The notes beneath the pieces are model-generated. The model saw only the letters and a list, made by a program, of their open reading frames with translations. It had not been told where the DNA came from and made no database searches. A stretch of DNA of 62,891 bases, filler included, from Reclinomonas americana ATCC 50394 (Eukaryota): the NCBI GenBank assembly GCA_048213135.1. It is 5 parts of 3 records of this genome, joined end to end, with 100 filler letters (N's around TTAATTAATTAA, not from the genome) between each part and the next. Parts side by side here need not be neighbours in the genome. Positions count along the whole stretch, not along the records: positions 1 to 12,944 come from PS015442.1; 4 more parts are not named here. One strand, written 5' to 3'. Made by a program: the position numbers and the translations under genes. This document shows positions 1-13,044 of the stretch, one piece after another (the first letter of the stretch is position 1; each line of letters starts with the position of its first letter).

Positions 1-682
1 CACGAAGCGAGAAATGATATGAGACTTGGGACGTAACGATAATTTTCGTTTGGGACGTCGGCGAATAACGGTTTTTGAGTCCGATCCTCATTCTCTGCCT
101 CTCGTCGTTTCTCTCTTCGTCGCTGCAGCCGATATAAACCAGAAAGCTCGTGATACGTATGCCGGTCGTGTACGCGCTTGTGAGTACGAGGGCAGGCCTG
201 GATTTCGATATCATCTGAGAATAACGGAAAAATCGAAACCGAGGTCAGACAACCAGAAACGCATGCGTTACGCGGCAGCTCACCACAATGACACGACGAC
301 ACATGATGTCCACGTACCTCGTGGATGATAACAATACTAGAAAAATACAAGTGGTTGTTCAGTTTCGGGTGCCAAGTACAAAAGCGTCTACACAAACATG
401 CAAATCGTCACCAAACGCTGCGAGAAGAACTCTTGGTCAACCTCGACCTCCTACCAGGGTCACGGGGAAGCAGTCGAGGGGAAGGACGGTAAAGGGGAGG
501 AGGAATGACAAGAATATAACACACAGACACACAAAGAAAATCTACGCTACGCTGCCATCAAGACTGGAGTTTGTGATGATGGAGAAGCAGGAGACTCAAT
601 TGTCAGTCTGACTGGCCCCCCTGTGCGTGAATGCTACACGCTGACATCACTGACGCACACTTACATTTATTGCAGAACCCCG

Positions 683-1916
683 TCACGACATCCCGCACTG
701 AAGCTGTTGTGCCACCGATGGTGACGAATCGGCGAGGTGGTAGCAGAACCTGTGCAGCATGCTTAGCACGACGGCAAGGCAAATGCGCGTGAGTGTGTGT
801 TGCAAACCATTGCATGGCGCACTTGTTTGCCGGCTGCATGGGTCGAACGCCAACTGCGTGAAATGGCGGAGTGTGAGAAGTTGCAACCATAAAGAGAGGA
901 CGAGAGTGTTCTCCGGCGACACACCATGATCATTATAGTTGCAGACCGCACTCCAGCTCTGCTGCAGGTAGCGCAACACGTAAGCGCCCGCCATTTCGCC
1001 GGTGCGATCCATGCCGTGCTCGCAGTGCACGTAGATGAGCAGCGGTTTGGCCGCTGCACTCTGCAACAACGTGCGCAGCGATGCTGTTCGCGACACCAAA
1101 TCGTCGAGCATCCACGACACATTGGCGGAGCGCTGCGCAATCTGCGTCTCCGTGAACTTGCTCGTCGGGCAGTTGTCGGCTGCGCGTGCTCGATCAGCAG
1201 GCAGCAACAAAAGGAAGGGGGCGCACTGCCTGTGTGGTACGATTCGCGCAACTCGTTTCACCCTTGGTCTCCCAGTGCACGTACTGCCCGCGCTCGGGGT
1301 ACTGATCAAAAAACGCCTTCTCAATCGCCGAGTCAATCGGCTCGACCGGATCCTCGTCGCCAATGAGACTGACATCGATCAACAAAAAGTCCTCAGGCAG
1401 CTTGTACGGCGACTCCTTCGCCACTTGAATCGCCGTAAAATTCCTCAACTCATCCCACCCAAAGCAACTGCACAGCGCAGCATGAGAAGCCAGCAAGCCG
1501 CGAGATAAAGAGAGAGAGAGAGAGAGACGAAACTCGGCATAAGGCACTCTACCGCCACAATCGGCAAAGTCCACCTGCGCATGCACAGCAGTGAGCGAGT
1601 GTGTGGCATGAAACGTGAGCAATGAATTAGACGAACAGCGTCATTCCGCGGCTGGTCGCCTGCCCTCACAGTCATGAGTCACATGCACACACACGCGCGC
1701 GCAGACACACGCACCTCGCACAAGAAAATTCCGCCAGCCTTTTCCCGGCGCCTCGAGCGAATCCACCTACAAGTGAGAGAGTGTGAGATCACACACAGTC
1801 ACACACTGAAAGGAGACACGCACATAGTGGATCTTGCTCTGCTTAATGCCGCAGACAGAGAGCGACATGGCTGCGACAAGCACAATGCACACGATGAGCG
1901 CGCGCAGAGATGACAT
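683..1916 (-). CDS. Secreted protein-tyrosine/dual-specificity phosphatase-like protein (7 exons)
   Basis: Spliced model: MSSLRALIVCIVLVAAMSLSVCG (signal-peptide-like), NFLVRGDQP, FLLIDVSL, catalytic loop IYVHCEHGMDRTGE (CX5R), ending WFCYHL...QCGMS*. GT-AG introns keep the frame. Confidence 0.8.
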
Positions 1917-1997
1917 TGTTGTGGACAGTGGACAGAGGCTCGCGGCATGCGTTTGTCATCACCAACAAAACAAACAAACAACAGACGGAAAGTGCGC

Positions 1998-4900
1998 ATG
2001 AGCGCGAGGCTGCGCACCAGCGGCCTGCGGCGGCCTTCATCTGCGGCATCCACTGCAGTGGCAAGTGGTGCGTCTTGTTACTCATAACAAAAGTATGTGC
2101 TTGTTTGTGACTTTGATGGTGATGAATGAATAGGAGCGACGCCGTTTGTGCCGCTGACCACTCCGAATCACGCATCGTCTTCCGGCAACGACGATGCGAC
2201 CAGTGTCGTAGTGCGCGTGAGACCACAGAGTGCAGCTCCGGCTGCGTCACCACTGCTCTCCCCGTCGCCCACACCGCAACAACAACAACAACAACAGTCG
2301 TCGGGGATGTTGGCAGCCGCGGCCGCAGCAGCCGCCGCGCACCACTTTCACCGGCATTCACCCGTGCCTGCGCAGTCGCCTTCTTTGGCTGCTGTGTCGT
2401 CGTCTCTGATTCGTCCGTCGTCGGCGGCACCGGCGTTGGAGCGGCGAAAGTCAGGCAATGCTGCGTCTTTGTCGTTGGCTGTGTCGTCGGCGCATCGTCC
2501 ACTGGAGGGCGTGGCGGCGTCGGAGGCTGGCGCGCGTGAGTTGTCTGCGGCGTCGATGGATTTTGATGATGAGCTGTTGGATGTCGAGGATGATGGTGAC
2601 GAAGATGATGATGATGATGCGGAGGAGGAGAGAGCGGAGGTGCGAGAGCATGTGAGTAGGTTACAGCAGCGGCAGGGTGTGCGGCCTGTGGTGGCCACGG
2701 CCAGTGCCAGTGACAGTGATGGGGAGGCGGAGCGTGCTGGAAGGCGTGTGCCGCGCGGTTCGCCGGAGCGGGTGGTGGTGACGGGGGAGCGGCGAGGGGA
2801 GCAGGAGGCGGTGGGGTTTGCGCCGCGGGCGGCTGTGGCGCCGGCTCATGTGACGCCTTCTGCGGCGGCGGCACCGACCAGCTACCCACCGCGGTCGACG
2901 GCATCGCCATCCGGAGTGGTTCCCTCGTCGGCATCGTCAGCAGCGGCGGCGGCAGCAGGAGCAGCGCCAGGGATGCCATCGTCCCGCTTTCAGGAGCGAA
3001 GGCCGGTGTTGGCGACAGACGTCGGCACATGTCTCGGTGAGGGTCGATGGTTGTGGGAAGATAGGGGAGAAACACAAGCTGATGGTTTCTCGTGCAGGTG
3101 ATTTTGACATGCTGAGTGAGATTGGGCGCGGTACCTACGGGACCGTGTACAAGGTCCGCTCGCGCCGTGACAAGCGCATTTACGTGGCCAAGCAGATCGT
3201 GCTTCGCAATATGAAGCCGACTCGGCGTCAGAAGGCCCTCTCGGAAGTTACGTCTCTGCAGGTCCGCTGGCTGCTGCTCATTGTTTTCTCATTCCCCGAC
3301 TCGCTGCAGGCTCTGTTGCTGCGCGACATTGATCACCCGAACATTGTGCGCTACTACTCGTCGTTTATGGACAACGACTCACTGTACATTATCATGGAGG
3401 TGAGGGAAACGTGCACTCGTATTTTACTTTCTCCGGATATGCGCTGACTGCTTGATTTTTTGCGTCGCAATTGCTCAGTACGCGGAGCGCGGCGACTTGC
3501 ACCGCCTGTACAAACGACACAAGAAGAAGCACGCGTATTTTTCCGAGAGATTACTGTGGAAGCTGGCCAGTGAGCTGGCGTCGGCGCTGGTCTACTTGCA
3601 CGACCAGCACATTATCCATCGCGATCTCAAGTGTCTCAATGTTTTTCTCACGGCCGACAAGCGAGTCAAGGTGCGTCTACTTGCGGCACATACATGTCTG
3701 TGCCTCTGTGCATGTGCGTGCGTTCCAACATCAATGCGGGCAGATTGGCGACCTTGGCGTGTCTCGTATTGTGGGAGAGGACGAATTTTTGCACACGCAA
3801 GCCGGCACACCGGCCTTCTTTGCTCCGGAGCAAGTACGCAAGAAACCGTACGACTACAAGGTCGATGTGTGGGGCTACGGCTGCCTGCTGTACCAGCTGG
3901 CAGCGTTGCACCCGCCATTTGAGGTGCGTTTAGCGGGGGAAGATGGAATTTCTCTCTCTCTCCATGCAACTGACGTGGGTCACTCGTGTAGGGCACCAAC
4001 GTTTTCGATCTGGCCAGCAACATTGTACACAAATCACCAGCGCCACTCTCCAATCACTACTCATCACGATTCCGTGCTTTCCTCGGTACACTGCTGGAGA
4101 AGGTGCCGGATAAGAGACCAGGTGTGTGTTTCTCCTTTTTTCTCGTCGGCTTCTATTTTCTTTTCCTCGGCGTTTGACTCTTGTGGCAGCCATGCGCGAT
4201 GCGTGCTCGTTGATACCTCCAGAACTGGCACCGCACCTCCCGAACGACATGTCACGACACGCCACCGAGACGTTCTCCTCGTCCACCGTTGCCTCGACCG
4301 AGGACTCGGTGCGTCCACCTCGATGTTTTCTTACTGTGTCTGGGGGAAGGTGTTTCTCAACTTCCTTGTCACTGTAGGTTCGCTTGGTCAGTGTTGGGCA
4401 GTCACCGGCAGCGCAGCCCGACAATCAGCGCCAGTCCCGCGCCTCGCGCCCGAGTCAGCCGATCCGCAGCCGCAGTGCTGGCTCCATTCCGGTGATTGCC
4501 GAGGCGGCTGTTGCAGCAGCAGCGGCGGCAGCGGCGGCGGGAGACGCACGAGTGTTGCGTTCCTACAACGTGGAACGACGCGACTTCTTTGTGTGTCTGA
4601 CACCTTCGTGCGTGTAGGTTGTCGCCCCCAATCTCCCGCCCGCTGACAAGTCGACCGACCGCGGGCAACGATTCCGACGGCGCGCATGCAGTGGTGCGTC
4701 CTGTTTTGTCGGCGGGTCAAACGCCTCGCGTCGCCAGCGGTCTGCAGCACCAGCAGCGCATTGTCGGTGCCGCGGCCTCGGGTGGCACGCCTGCCTCGGT
4801 GAGTCACGCGTGTTTATGTGCGTTTTACATGAAGCGTGTTGTGACTCACCAGGGTTTGCGCGTGCGCGCTAACAGGATCAGGTGCACGGATCGAGTCGGC

Positions 4901-5844
4901 AATCTGGGATCAGCGAAGAGGACGCCGAGCGAGCGCCGCGCTCGGTGGAGGTTCGCCAGTTTATTCCGCCCCCGCGCTTTGATGTGCAGACGGCTGTCCG
5001 ACCGGCCAGCGCCGGTGCCTCCGGCAACCGACCTGTGCCGGTGCAGAGGCGACCAGTGGTGTCCAAGGTCAGCATGAGAGAGTCCATTGTCCGTCGCTGA
5101 CGCTAACTGTGCTTGTGTGCCGCGCAGCTGTCACAACAGCAGGAGCAAATATTACTCGGTCAGCAGAACCCCAAGCCGCCGGCGGTATTATCGCTGCTGG
5201 CCTCCAACGCACGGGAGACGCACATTTCCCCCGCCGGCTCGTCCTCTGTCGGCTCGCAGTCGAGTTCCGCAGCCATGGCAGCGGGCGGGCTGCGCATGTC
5301 GGTGTCCGAGTCGGCTGTTCCCACGCGCATTGCGTCGGCGACTGCTGCGGCGGCGGCACTGCATCGGCGCATGAATGTGAACACGACGAGCACGTCCACC
5401 CGCGTTCAATCGGCGGGTGCTGCACCACCGGCACCATCATCTGTCGGCGCCACTCCACCGTCTGGCTCGGCCGTCGTCGAGGTGGCGGGGCAGGCGCGAC
5501 CGGTGCGGCCGCAGAGCGCACCACGCGCCTCGCTGCACATGCCATCCTCTGCCAGCGGCGGCAATGTCTTTGTGGTGGCCAACGCCGCGGAACGAGAGAG
5601 CCGCAGTCGACAGCCAGTGGCCACACTCGCCGCCGCCGCCGTCACCGCCATGGCCGCCTCACGATCGCACTCGCTGGATCGTCCCGCCTCGGCCAGTGCA
5701 GCCTCGGCAGGCGCAGACAACAAGGCCGCCAACGCGCTGTTCAATCTCACACCAACCGCGGGCGGTGGCGGCAGCAGCACCGGCGGCAGCAGCAGCGGCC
5801 GACGTCGCGCCACGGTGCAAGATTTGCGTGCGGCTGCCAGATGA
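1998..5844 (+). CDS. NEK (NIMA-related) Ser/Thr kinase with long low-complexity N- and C-terminal extensions
   Basis: Exons give IGRGTYGTVYKV, YVAKQI, HPNIVRYYSSF, HRDLKCLNVFL, IGDLG, GTPAFFAPE, KPYDYKVDVWGYGC. Predicted ATG 1998, stop 5842-5844. Confidence 0.9.
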
Positions 5845-6066
5845 TGATGATGATGATACCATAGTTAGTTACTTGCCTGTATGATATGTTTTGTAGTTGT
5901 TCTTGTTGTTTTTTTAACTCGGTGGTGCACACACACGCATGCACGCATGCAAAGCAACGTACTGCTGTTGCTGCTGCTGTTGTTGTTGTTATAAAGAAAA
6001 TGCGAAGTCTCTCTTGTACAATGAGTCGGGACACATTTGATCGCCAATTCACGAGAGAGAGCGCGC

Positions 6067-8078
6067 ATGGCAACGGCCTCTCCTTCCTCCTCCTCGTCCA
6101 CCACAGGAGGCACTCTGTGGAGTGTGGACTCGCCCGAGGCGCGCTTCTGGGAACGCGATCTGGCCTCCTCTATTGGTCGCACCAATCAGTACGCGGCCGA
6201 TCGCCTCGTCATGCTGCGTGAGAAGGAACGATCAGGAGTTGCGTGGATACACACACACACACACACAGAAAGAGAGAGGGCGACGCACACACACATGCGC
6301 ACACACTCTTCTCACGCGATTCTGTGATTCCTTCCCTCTTAATCACTCTCTGGCAGATGTTGCGTCGATCCTCGGCGTACTATGAGATGCGATCACGAGT
6401 GTGTGCGTTTGCCAAGATGAAGCGCGATGAGCGACTTCGCAGTTGCGTGTGATGCTCTCACAGTGTCTATCTCTTTGTCACTGCACACTGAATCATCCGC
6501 GTTGTGTTAGAGCTCTCACAGCAGCATCGGCGAGTGGGCAGTGGCGGAGGAGGAGGAGGACTGCACGAGAACACTGCGGAGCTGTCGTACTCGTCGCCAC
6601 AGAAGCTAAAGAGTGCGGCTGCGGGTGGTGGGGCCAGTGGCTCGGGAAGGCGCATCAGTTATGATCGCAAGCGCACTGAGGTTTGCTGGTGTTCGTGTGC
6701 TGCGTGGCGCGCGGAAACCGCGCCTGACACACCCAGCGGCGATTGTTGTGGTTGTTGTTGTTGGCAGAGCTTCAGCTCGTTCACCGACTTTAGTGTGTCG
6801 TCGATTGGTGGCTTTGACGGAACGTTGCGTGCGGCGGGCGTGTACATGTACGTGGAGGTGCGCGATGGATGCTGATCTTGTTGGCGTGCAGTGAGGGCGA
6901 TTCGGATAACAGCAACAGCGAGGGCGGCCTCGGCGATGCTGACACGCCGCCGACCGAGCAGTACGCCTTTCAGGGTATCTTCCAGATCTATGACTTTGAT
7001 GCGCCACATGCTGGTTCGTCGCGGTTGTGGTTCGCGCGATCCATTGTCAATGCCTCACAGAGCAATCGCAAACAGGGACGACGGTTCNNNNNNNNNNNNN
7101 NNNNNNNNNNNNNNNNNNNNNNNNNNNNNNNNNNNNNNNNNNNNNNNNNNNNNNNNNNNNNNNNNNNNNNNNNNNNNNNNNNNNNNNNNNNNNNNNNNNN
7201 NNNNNNNNNNNNNNNNNNNNNNNNNNNNNNNNNNNNNNNNNNNNNNNNNNNNNNNNNNNNNNNNNNNNNNNNNNNNNNNNNNNNNNNNNNNNNNNNNNNN
7301 NNNNNNNNNNNNNNNNNNNNNNNNNNNNNNNNNNNNNNNNNNNNNNNNNNNNNNNNNNNNNNNNNNNNNNNNNNNNNNNNNNNNNNNNNNNNNNNNNNNN
7401 NNNNNNNNNNNNNNNNNNNNNNNNNNNNNNNNNNNNNNNNNNNNNNNNNNNNNNNNNNNNNNNNNNNNNNNNNNNNNNNNNNNNNNNNNNNNNNNNNNNN
7501 NNNNNNNNNNNNNNNNNNNNNNNNNNNNNNNNNNNNNNNNNNNNNNNNNNNNNNNNNNNNNNNNNNNNNNNNNNNNNNNNNNNNNNNNNNNNNNNNNNNN
7601 NNNNNNNNNNNNNNNNNNNNNNNNNNNNNNNNNNNNNNNNNNNNNNNNNNNNNNNNNNNNNNNNNNNNNNNNNNNNNNNNNNNNNNNNNNNNNNNNNNNN
7701 NNNNNNNNNNNNNNNNNNNNNNNNNNNNNNNNNNNNNNNNNNNNNNNNNNNNNNNNNNNNNNNNNNNNNNNNNNNNNNNNNNNNNNNNNNNNNNNNNNNN
7801 NNNNNNNNNNNNNNNNNNNNNNNNNNNNNNNNNNNNNNNNNNNNNNNNNNNNNNNNNNNNNNNNNNNNNNNNNNNNNNNNNNNNNNNNNNNNNNNNNNNN
7901 NNNNNNNNNNNNNNNNNNNNNNNNNNNNNNNNNNNNNNNNNNNNNNNNNNNNNNNNNNNNNNNNNNNNNNNNNNNNNNNNNNNNNNNNNNNNNNNNNNNN
8001 NNNNNNNNNNNNNNNNNNNNNNNNNNNNNNNNNNNNNNNNNNNNNNNNNNNNNNNNNNNNNNNNNNNNNNNNNNNNNN

Positions 8079-8110
<32 letters not shown>

Positions 8111-9015
8111 TTTGTGGTTGCCTATCGTTGACCTCGGATGGATGACTGCAGATTGGTTTTGCAAGTGGCACTCTGCATTTTGTCAACCTCAGCAGCGGCC
8201 GTCGAGTGCAGGAGACGCAACTGAAACCACACGCTTCAGTGACAGCTCTCGCCTTCGATCAACAGGGCATGCTGCTGTTTGCGGGCGACGACAAGGTGAA
8301 TGCTGTTTCTTTGATATTACGACGCAGACTATTATTGTGTGTTGACAAGTGTGGCAGGGTCGTGTCACCTCGTACGAGTGGGATGGCAAGGGCAAATACA
8401 CCACCACTACGGTGACGCAAGTGCTGCCGTCGGATTCACCAATCACCTGCCTGAACTACAGTTTGTGGGATCCATCGGCCCTCGGGCGGCCGTCACTGGT
8501 GGTCAGCGCATGTGTGGACTCGGTGCAAGTGTTTGCCATTCTGCAAGACCGCCCGAAAGGCTCACTCACGCCAGCGACACGCTACGCCATCAAGCATCGC
8601 CGCAAGAACATTCACGCCGTATTCACGCCGCGTATCGGCACTGGCGGAGGCGGTGCTGGTCTCGGTGCGTCGGATTGCCTTTTGTTTGCACACAACTCAC
8701 TGCTGACCATTTCTCGTGGGTGCAGTGAGTGGCAGCGAAGACGGTGGTGTGTACGTCTTCGACTTGGAGTCCTCGAAGAAGACAGCAACCACGGTGCTGC
8801 AAGGGCACGCAGCCACCGTGCTCGACGTCTCGTGGTCACCCGACGAAACACTGCTGGCATCGTGCGGTCTGTGCCATGTTGTATGCGTTTTGTTCTTCAG
8901 CCACTTCTCACTCTTGTGCCTGGCAACAGATGAGACCGGTGTCGTTATCGTGTGGAAGCGAACAAGACACTTGTCGGTGTCGCGTGAGGGTGCATTGCCC
9001 GGTGCTCGCCGGTGA
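6067..9015 (+). CDS. WDR13: WD40-repeat protein, WDR13-like (middle lost in gap 7088-8078)
   Basis: N-terminal R.NQY...R..MLRE segment, YAFQGIFQIYD, and C-terminal [54 protein letters not shown] match my recollection of WDR13. Confidence 0.8.
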
Positions 9016-9070
9016 TTGTACTTTATCATAAAGAAAGGCGGAGAGCAAACACTGTCACTCTCGCCGAGTG

Positions 9071-10331
9071 ATGAGCGAGCAGTTCCGCACACTCCTGTAC
9101 TCTGTGGATGGTCACGTGGCGCGCATCCGCCTGAATCGTCCACAACGCGGCAATGGGATCACCACCAAGCTGGCGCGTGAGCTCGAGTGCGCAGTGGAGA
9201 AAGCCGATCTCGACCCTGCAGTGCACGTGATTGCGTTGTCGGGAGAGGGCGCCGGCTTTTGCGGAGGATATGATCTGAAAGCACTGGCAGAAGACATGCA
9301 TGCAAAGCCGATGGATGACGATGAGGGACAACGCGTGGGAGCCCCGACACACTGGGCCACTGTGCGCGACAACCACCAGCCCGATGCAGTGTGGGATCCG
9401 ATGAAGGACTATCAGTTCATGGTCGGCGCATGTGTGTGTGCCAGAGAGCGAGTGAGGCGTTGTGATCTGATCAGTTGCATGCATGCATGCAGTCGCGCAA
9501 TGTGCGTTCGTACATGGCCTTGTTCCGCTGCAACAAGCCGGTGTTGTGCAAGGTTCTTGATCGTTGCTTGTTCCGCCATCTGTGCACGAGAGAGGGCACT
9601 GAGCGATGCCTTTCCACAGGTCCACGGTGGGGGGCATACCCTGCTCTTGGAGGAAAATCGTGCCTGCTTGCAACTGACTGTTTTCCTGCTGATGTGCAGG
9701 CTTTTGCGTGGCCGGCGGCACAGATCTGGCCCTGTGTAGCGACATGCTGGTGGTAGCTGACGATGCCAAGATGGGATACAGTCCGGCACGAGTGTGGGGT
9801 GTGCCGACCACTGCCATGTGGATGGAACGCATCGGGGTGCAACGAGCCAAACGCCTGCTCTTCACTGGGTGAGTTCACCCTTCGCTCTGTGTAGGGTAGT
9901 CGCCGACTCTAGTGCCATCATCGCAGTGACTTGATCTCGGGCAAGCAGGCGGCCGAGTGGGGTCTGGCTCTGGAGTCGCATCCGGCTGGCGAACTCGACG
10001 CCAAGTTTGAGGTTCTGGCACACCACTGCGCGGTTGAGTTGTGCACAGCTCACCCCCGCGAGTTGTGTCACAGGAGCTGGTGCAGCGCATCGCCAAGGTG
10101 CCAATCAATCAACTGATCATGCACAAGCTGGTGTGCAACCAGCAGTTGCTCCAGTCGGGTGTGGAGAGCATGCAGACCATGTCGACGGTGTTTGACGGCA
10201 TTGCGAGACACACGCAGGAGGGCTACGCATTCCAGCAGCGTGCACAACAAGTGGGGTATCGGCAGGCGGTGGCCGAGCGCGACGCACCGTTTGACGAATC
10301 GGCGCGCGTGCGTCTCCGAGCCCGCTTGTGA
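9071..10331 (+). CDS. Enoyl-CoA hydratase/crotonase family protein, bacterial-type subfamily (6 exons)
   Basis: ARIRLNRPQRGNGI, GFCGGYDL, DPMKDYQFMSRNVR, KPVLCKVHGFCVAGGTDLALCSD, ARVWGVPTTAMW, AKRLLFTGDLISG, STVFDGIARHTQEG. The frame needs a 7-nt exon at 9620-9626. Confidence 0.92.
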
Positions 10332-10332
10332 G

Positions 10333-12944
10333 TCAATCCCGCAATTCTGCTCTCTCCACGAGGCCCAGTGAAAGCGCCCAACTCTCGTAGCTGCCTCGTT
10401 TCCGGAAACTCGACATCCACAGCACATGCAGTCCGTCGTGGTCCACGGTGTGACTGTCTTGCGCGTACAAATGATTCACGTCGGCGTCGTCGTCGTACTT
10501 GAGCATGCAGGCCATTACCGCATCCGGCGGAGACACGCTGACGTGATGTAGGCGGCGACCCGACCGGGCGCTGTGGAGGCGCGTGAGGTGTGTGCTATGA
10601 GGTAAGAAGTGGAGCAGGCATACCACCACAGCGACAGCGTCAGGTCGCTCGTGAGCACTGTGAGCACGTCCGTGTCCTCGTTGAAGTCAGTGTCGAGAAT
10701 CACCGTGTCGAATAGCGGCCGCAAGTCGAACAGCCGGCGTGACTGTGTGCGTGGTACTCGCCGCAATGAGCACCTTGCCACACTATTCTGTCTGTACACA
10801 CGTAGAGTCACACCTGCCGACCGGACCGCGTGGTGACCACTGTCGCGCCGACGCCTTCCAGCGGTGGCTGGCCACTGCCGCCGGCGTCGGCGTCTTCCGG
10901 GCACGTCCATGACACCTTGCTCATGTCTCTCGCCCAGATCGTGAATCGGTGGCGCAACACGGGAACCGGTTGCACACACAACTCATACAGCGACACGCGG
11001 TGTGTGTCGGTGAACATGAATGTGCTGCCGCCGTCGCAGCAGCCGAACTGCGCGCAATGTGTCGGCAAGCGACGGGATCGAGCACGTTCAGATATATATC
11101 CACGCGACGACCAAACCTCGCACTGCTGTGAACGACACGAAGACGACACACGATGACCGGCAGGCGTGGTGACTTCGGGAAAGCCGGGCGCAATCAGGTG
11201 CACGGCAAACTCGAAGCGGTGTCTCGGGCACGACACGAGGTGAGGTACGCCAATGTCGGCATCCACAAAGCCTTCGTGTGAATTGAGTTGCATCAGTGCC
11301 ATGGACGCATCCAGTGCCACCGCCATGAATGGCAGATCGGCCGACACTGACGCGGACCACGTGTCTGCTCGATGCATGTTGCGATACTATTGCGTGCGAG
11401 GACGTTGGCAGTCGGGGGGAGCGGTGACGTGAGTACACAATGAGGCTGACCTGAGAGACCAGTGGAGCCAGCGGATAGAACTGCACCGTCGTGTGATCGT
11501 AGTGAGGCAGACAACACAAGCGAGAAGAGAAACGAGACTGCTGATCACACAGCACCGACACGACATCCGGTCCGCTGGCACGCCGATAAACAGTGAGGCA
11601 GTTGAACCCCACGCCCAACGTTTCCTGTTTGCTGACTTGCACGGCCAACATGGCAGTCACACGCGTCTCGGGCACCAGCTGGTCGCGACAGTGATGAGTT
11701 TCCAGTGGGAACAACAGACACACACATGCAGACCTGCACCACAATGACATCGATGCGGCTGTGATCGGCCTGCGCCGCCGAGAGCACCACCGCCGTGCAC
11801 GTGTCGACACACACCAGCGTGCTGCGTATGCATGCACTTGTGAGGCAGCACGACAACCACCGAGAACAACATGCGTGCACACCGAAAGCGTGACTTGGTG
11901 CGGAGAGCTAGCGAATGCCGATCGAGATCCAGCGATCCACGCACCACTCCCGAGTCCGCATCGAACAGAATCAGCGTACCGTACTGCTCCCACGTCAAAG
12001 GCGTTATGGTCGCTGCGGGCAGAGGCTGAAGGGACAACCACCAGCGAGCCGTACCTTGGTGAGACCGACCAGCAAGTTGACCGACAAGTGACGCTGCACC
12101 ATCGAGAAAACTGAGCTGCTTGCCGCACGCACGAGGAGACGAGTGGAAATGGGAGAGAGATACACACCATGGCCCATCCACGAACGCACACCAAGTCGCG
12201 CAGATGCAACGATCGGCCAAGTCGGAACAGCAGATGCCCATCGCTGAGCATCACTCAAGTGAGTCAACTGAACTCGATTCCACACACACACACACACAGA
12301 GGCGATATGAAGATACCGTGAGTGCACATCGCAAAAGGCGTCGGCCGACGGCGCAGCAGCGCCAGACAAGTGCACGTGTTCGATCAAATGCAGATTGCGA
12401 GAGCCGAGAAGCGCGCGATGTGCCAAACGCGTTGTGTCCCACACAACACTGAGTGTACGCACTTGATCGCTGCTCAACAGCTGAGCGCGCATGCAAGTCA
12501 TCGATCGGCGATTACGCGCGGAAAAACACGTGCACAAAAAAGCAATGCAACTTGACGCGTGATCGCATGCGCAAACGTGCGATGCCGGCATGTACGCTGC
12601 AGGACACCGCACTCACGTGCACGACACAGTGACACCACGTCGCCCTTGCGCCACATGATATGATAGGAAAACAGTCCCACCACACGTGTCCCACTCGTCT
12701 CATCACACACACTCATGAGCAGCGGACCAGGCGCATATGCGCGCGTGTTGGCCGAGTTCCGGCAACGCCCGAACAAGACCACTGCGCTGTTGCGTCACTC
12801 CACGCGTGTGTGTGTGAGCGTTTGTGTGTGCGTGTGTGTGACATGACAATGCCGCGCACTCGTGCAAACAGCAAGGTTCTGCGAGCAGTGCAAGGCTTCG
12901 CAGTGGCCTCTGCACCAGGCGAGAAGGATCGGTTGTCGGATGGA
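10333..12944 (-). CDS. DCAF17-like beta-rich protein (5' end uncertain or truncated at scaffold end)
   Basis: Exons give RAQLLSSDQVRTLSVVWDT, LLVGLTKYGTLILFDADSGVVRGSLDL..RFRTL, VILDTDFNEDTDVLTVL and SHTVDHDGLHVLWM, resembling DCAF17 blocks from memory. Stop at 10333-10335. Confidence 0.45.
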
Positions 12945-12988
12945 NNNNNNNNNNNNNNNNNNNNNNNNNNNNNNNNNNNNNNNNNNNN

Positions 12989-13000
12989 TTAATTAATTAA
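12989..13000. other. Artificial scaffold linker TTAATTAATTAA (also at 20769-20780, 43539-43550, 53250-53261)
   Basis: The same palindromic six-frame-stop 12-mer sits between N runs four times, and genes on either side are truncated. Confidence 0.95.
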
Positions 13001-13044
13001 NNNNNNNNNNNNNNNNNNNNNNNNNNNNNNNNNNNNNNNNNNNN

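Noticed and set aside
12989..13000. Palindromic TTAATTAATTAA repeated four times
   Set aside because: Always embedded in N runs; an artificial six-frame-stop linker. Gene neighbourhoods across it carry no meaning.
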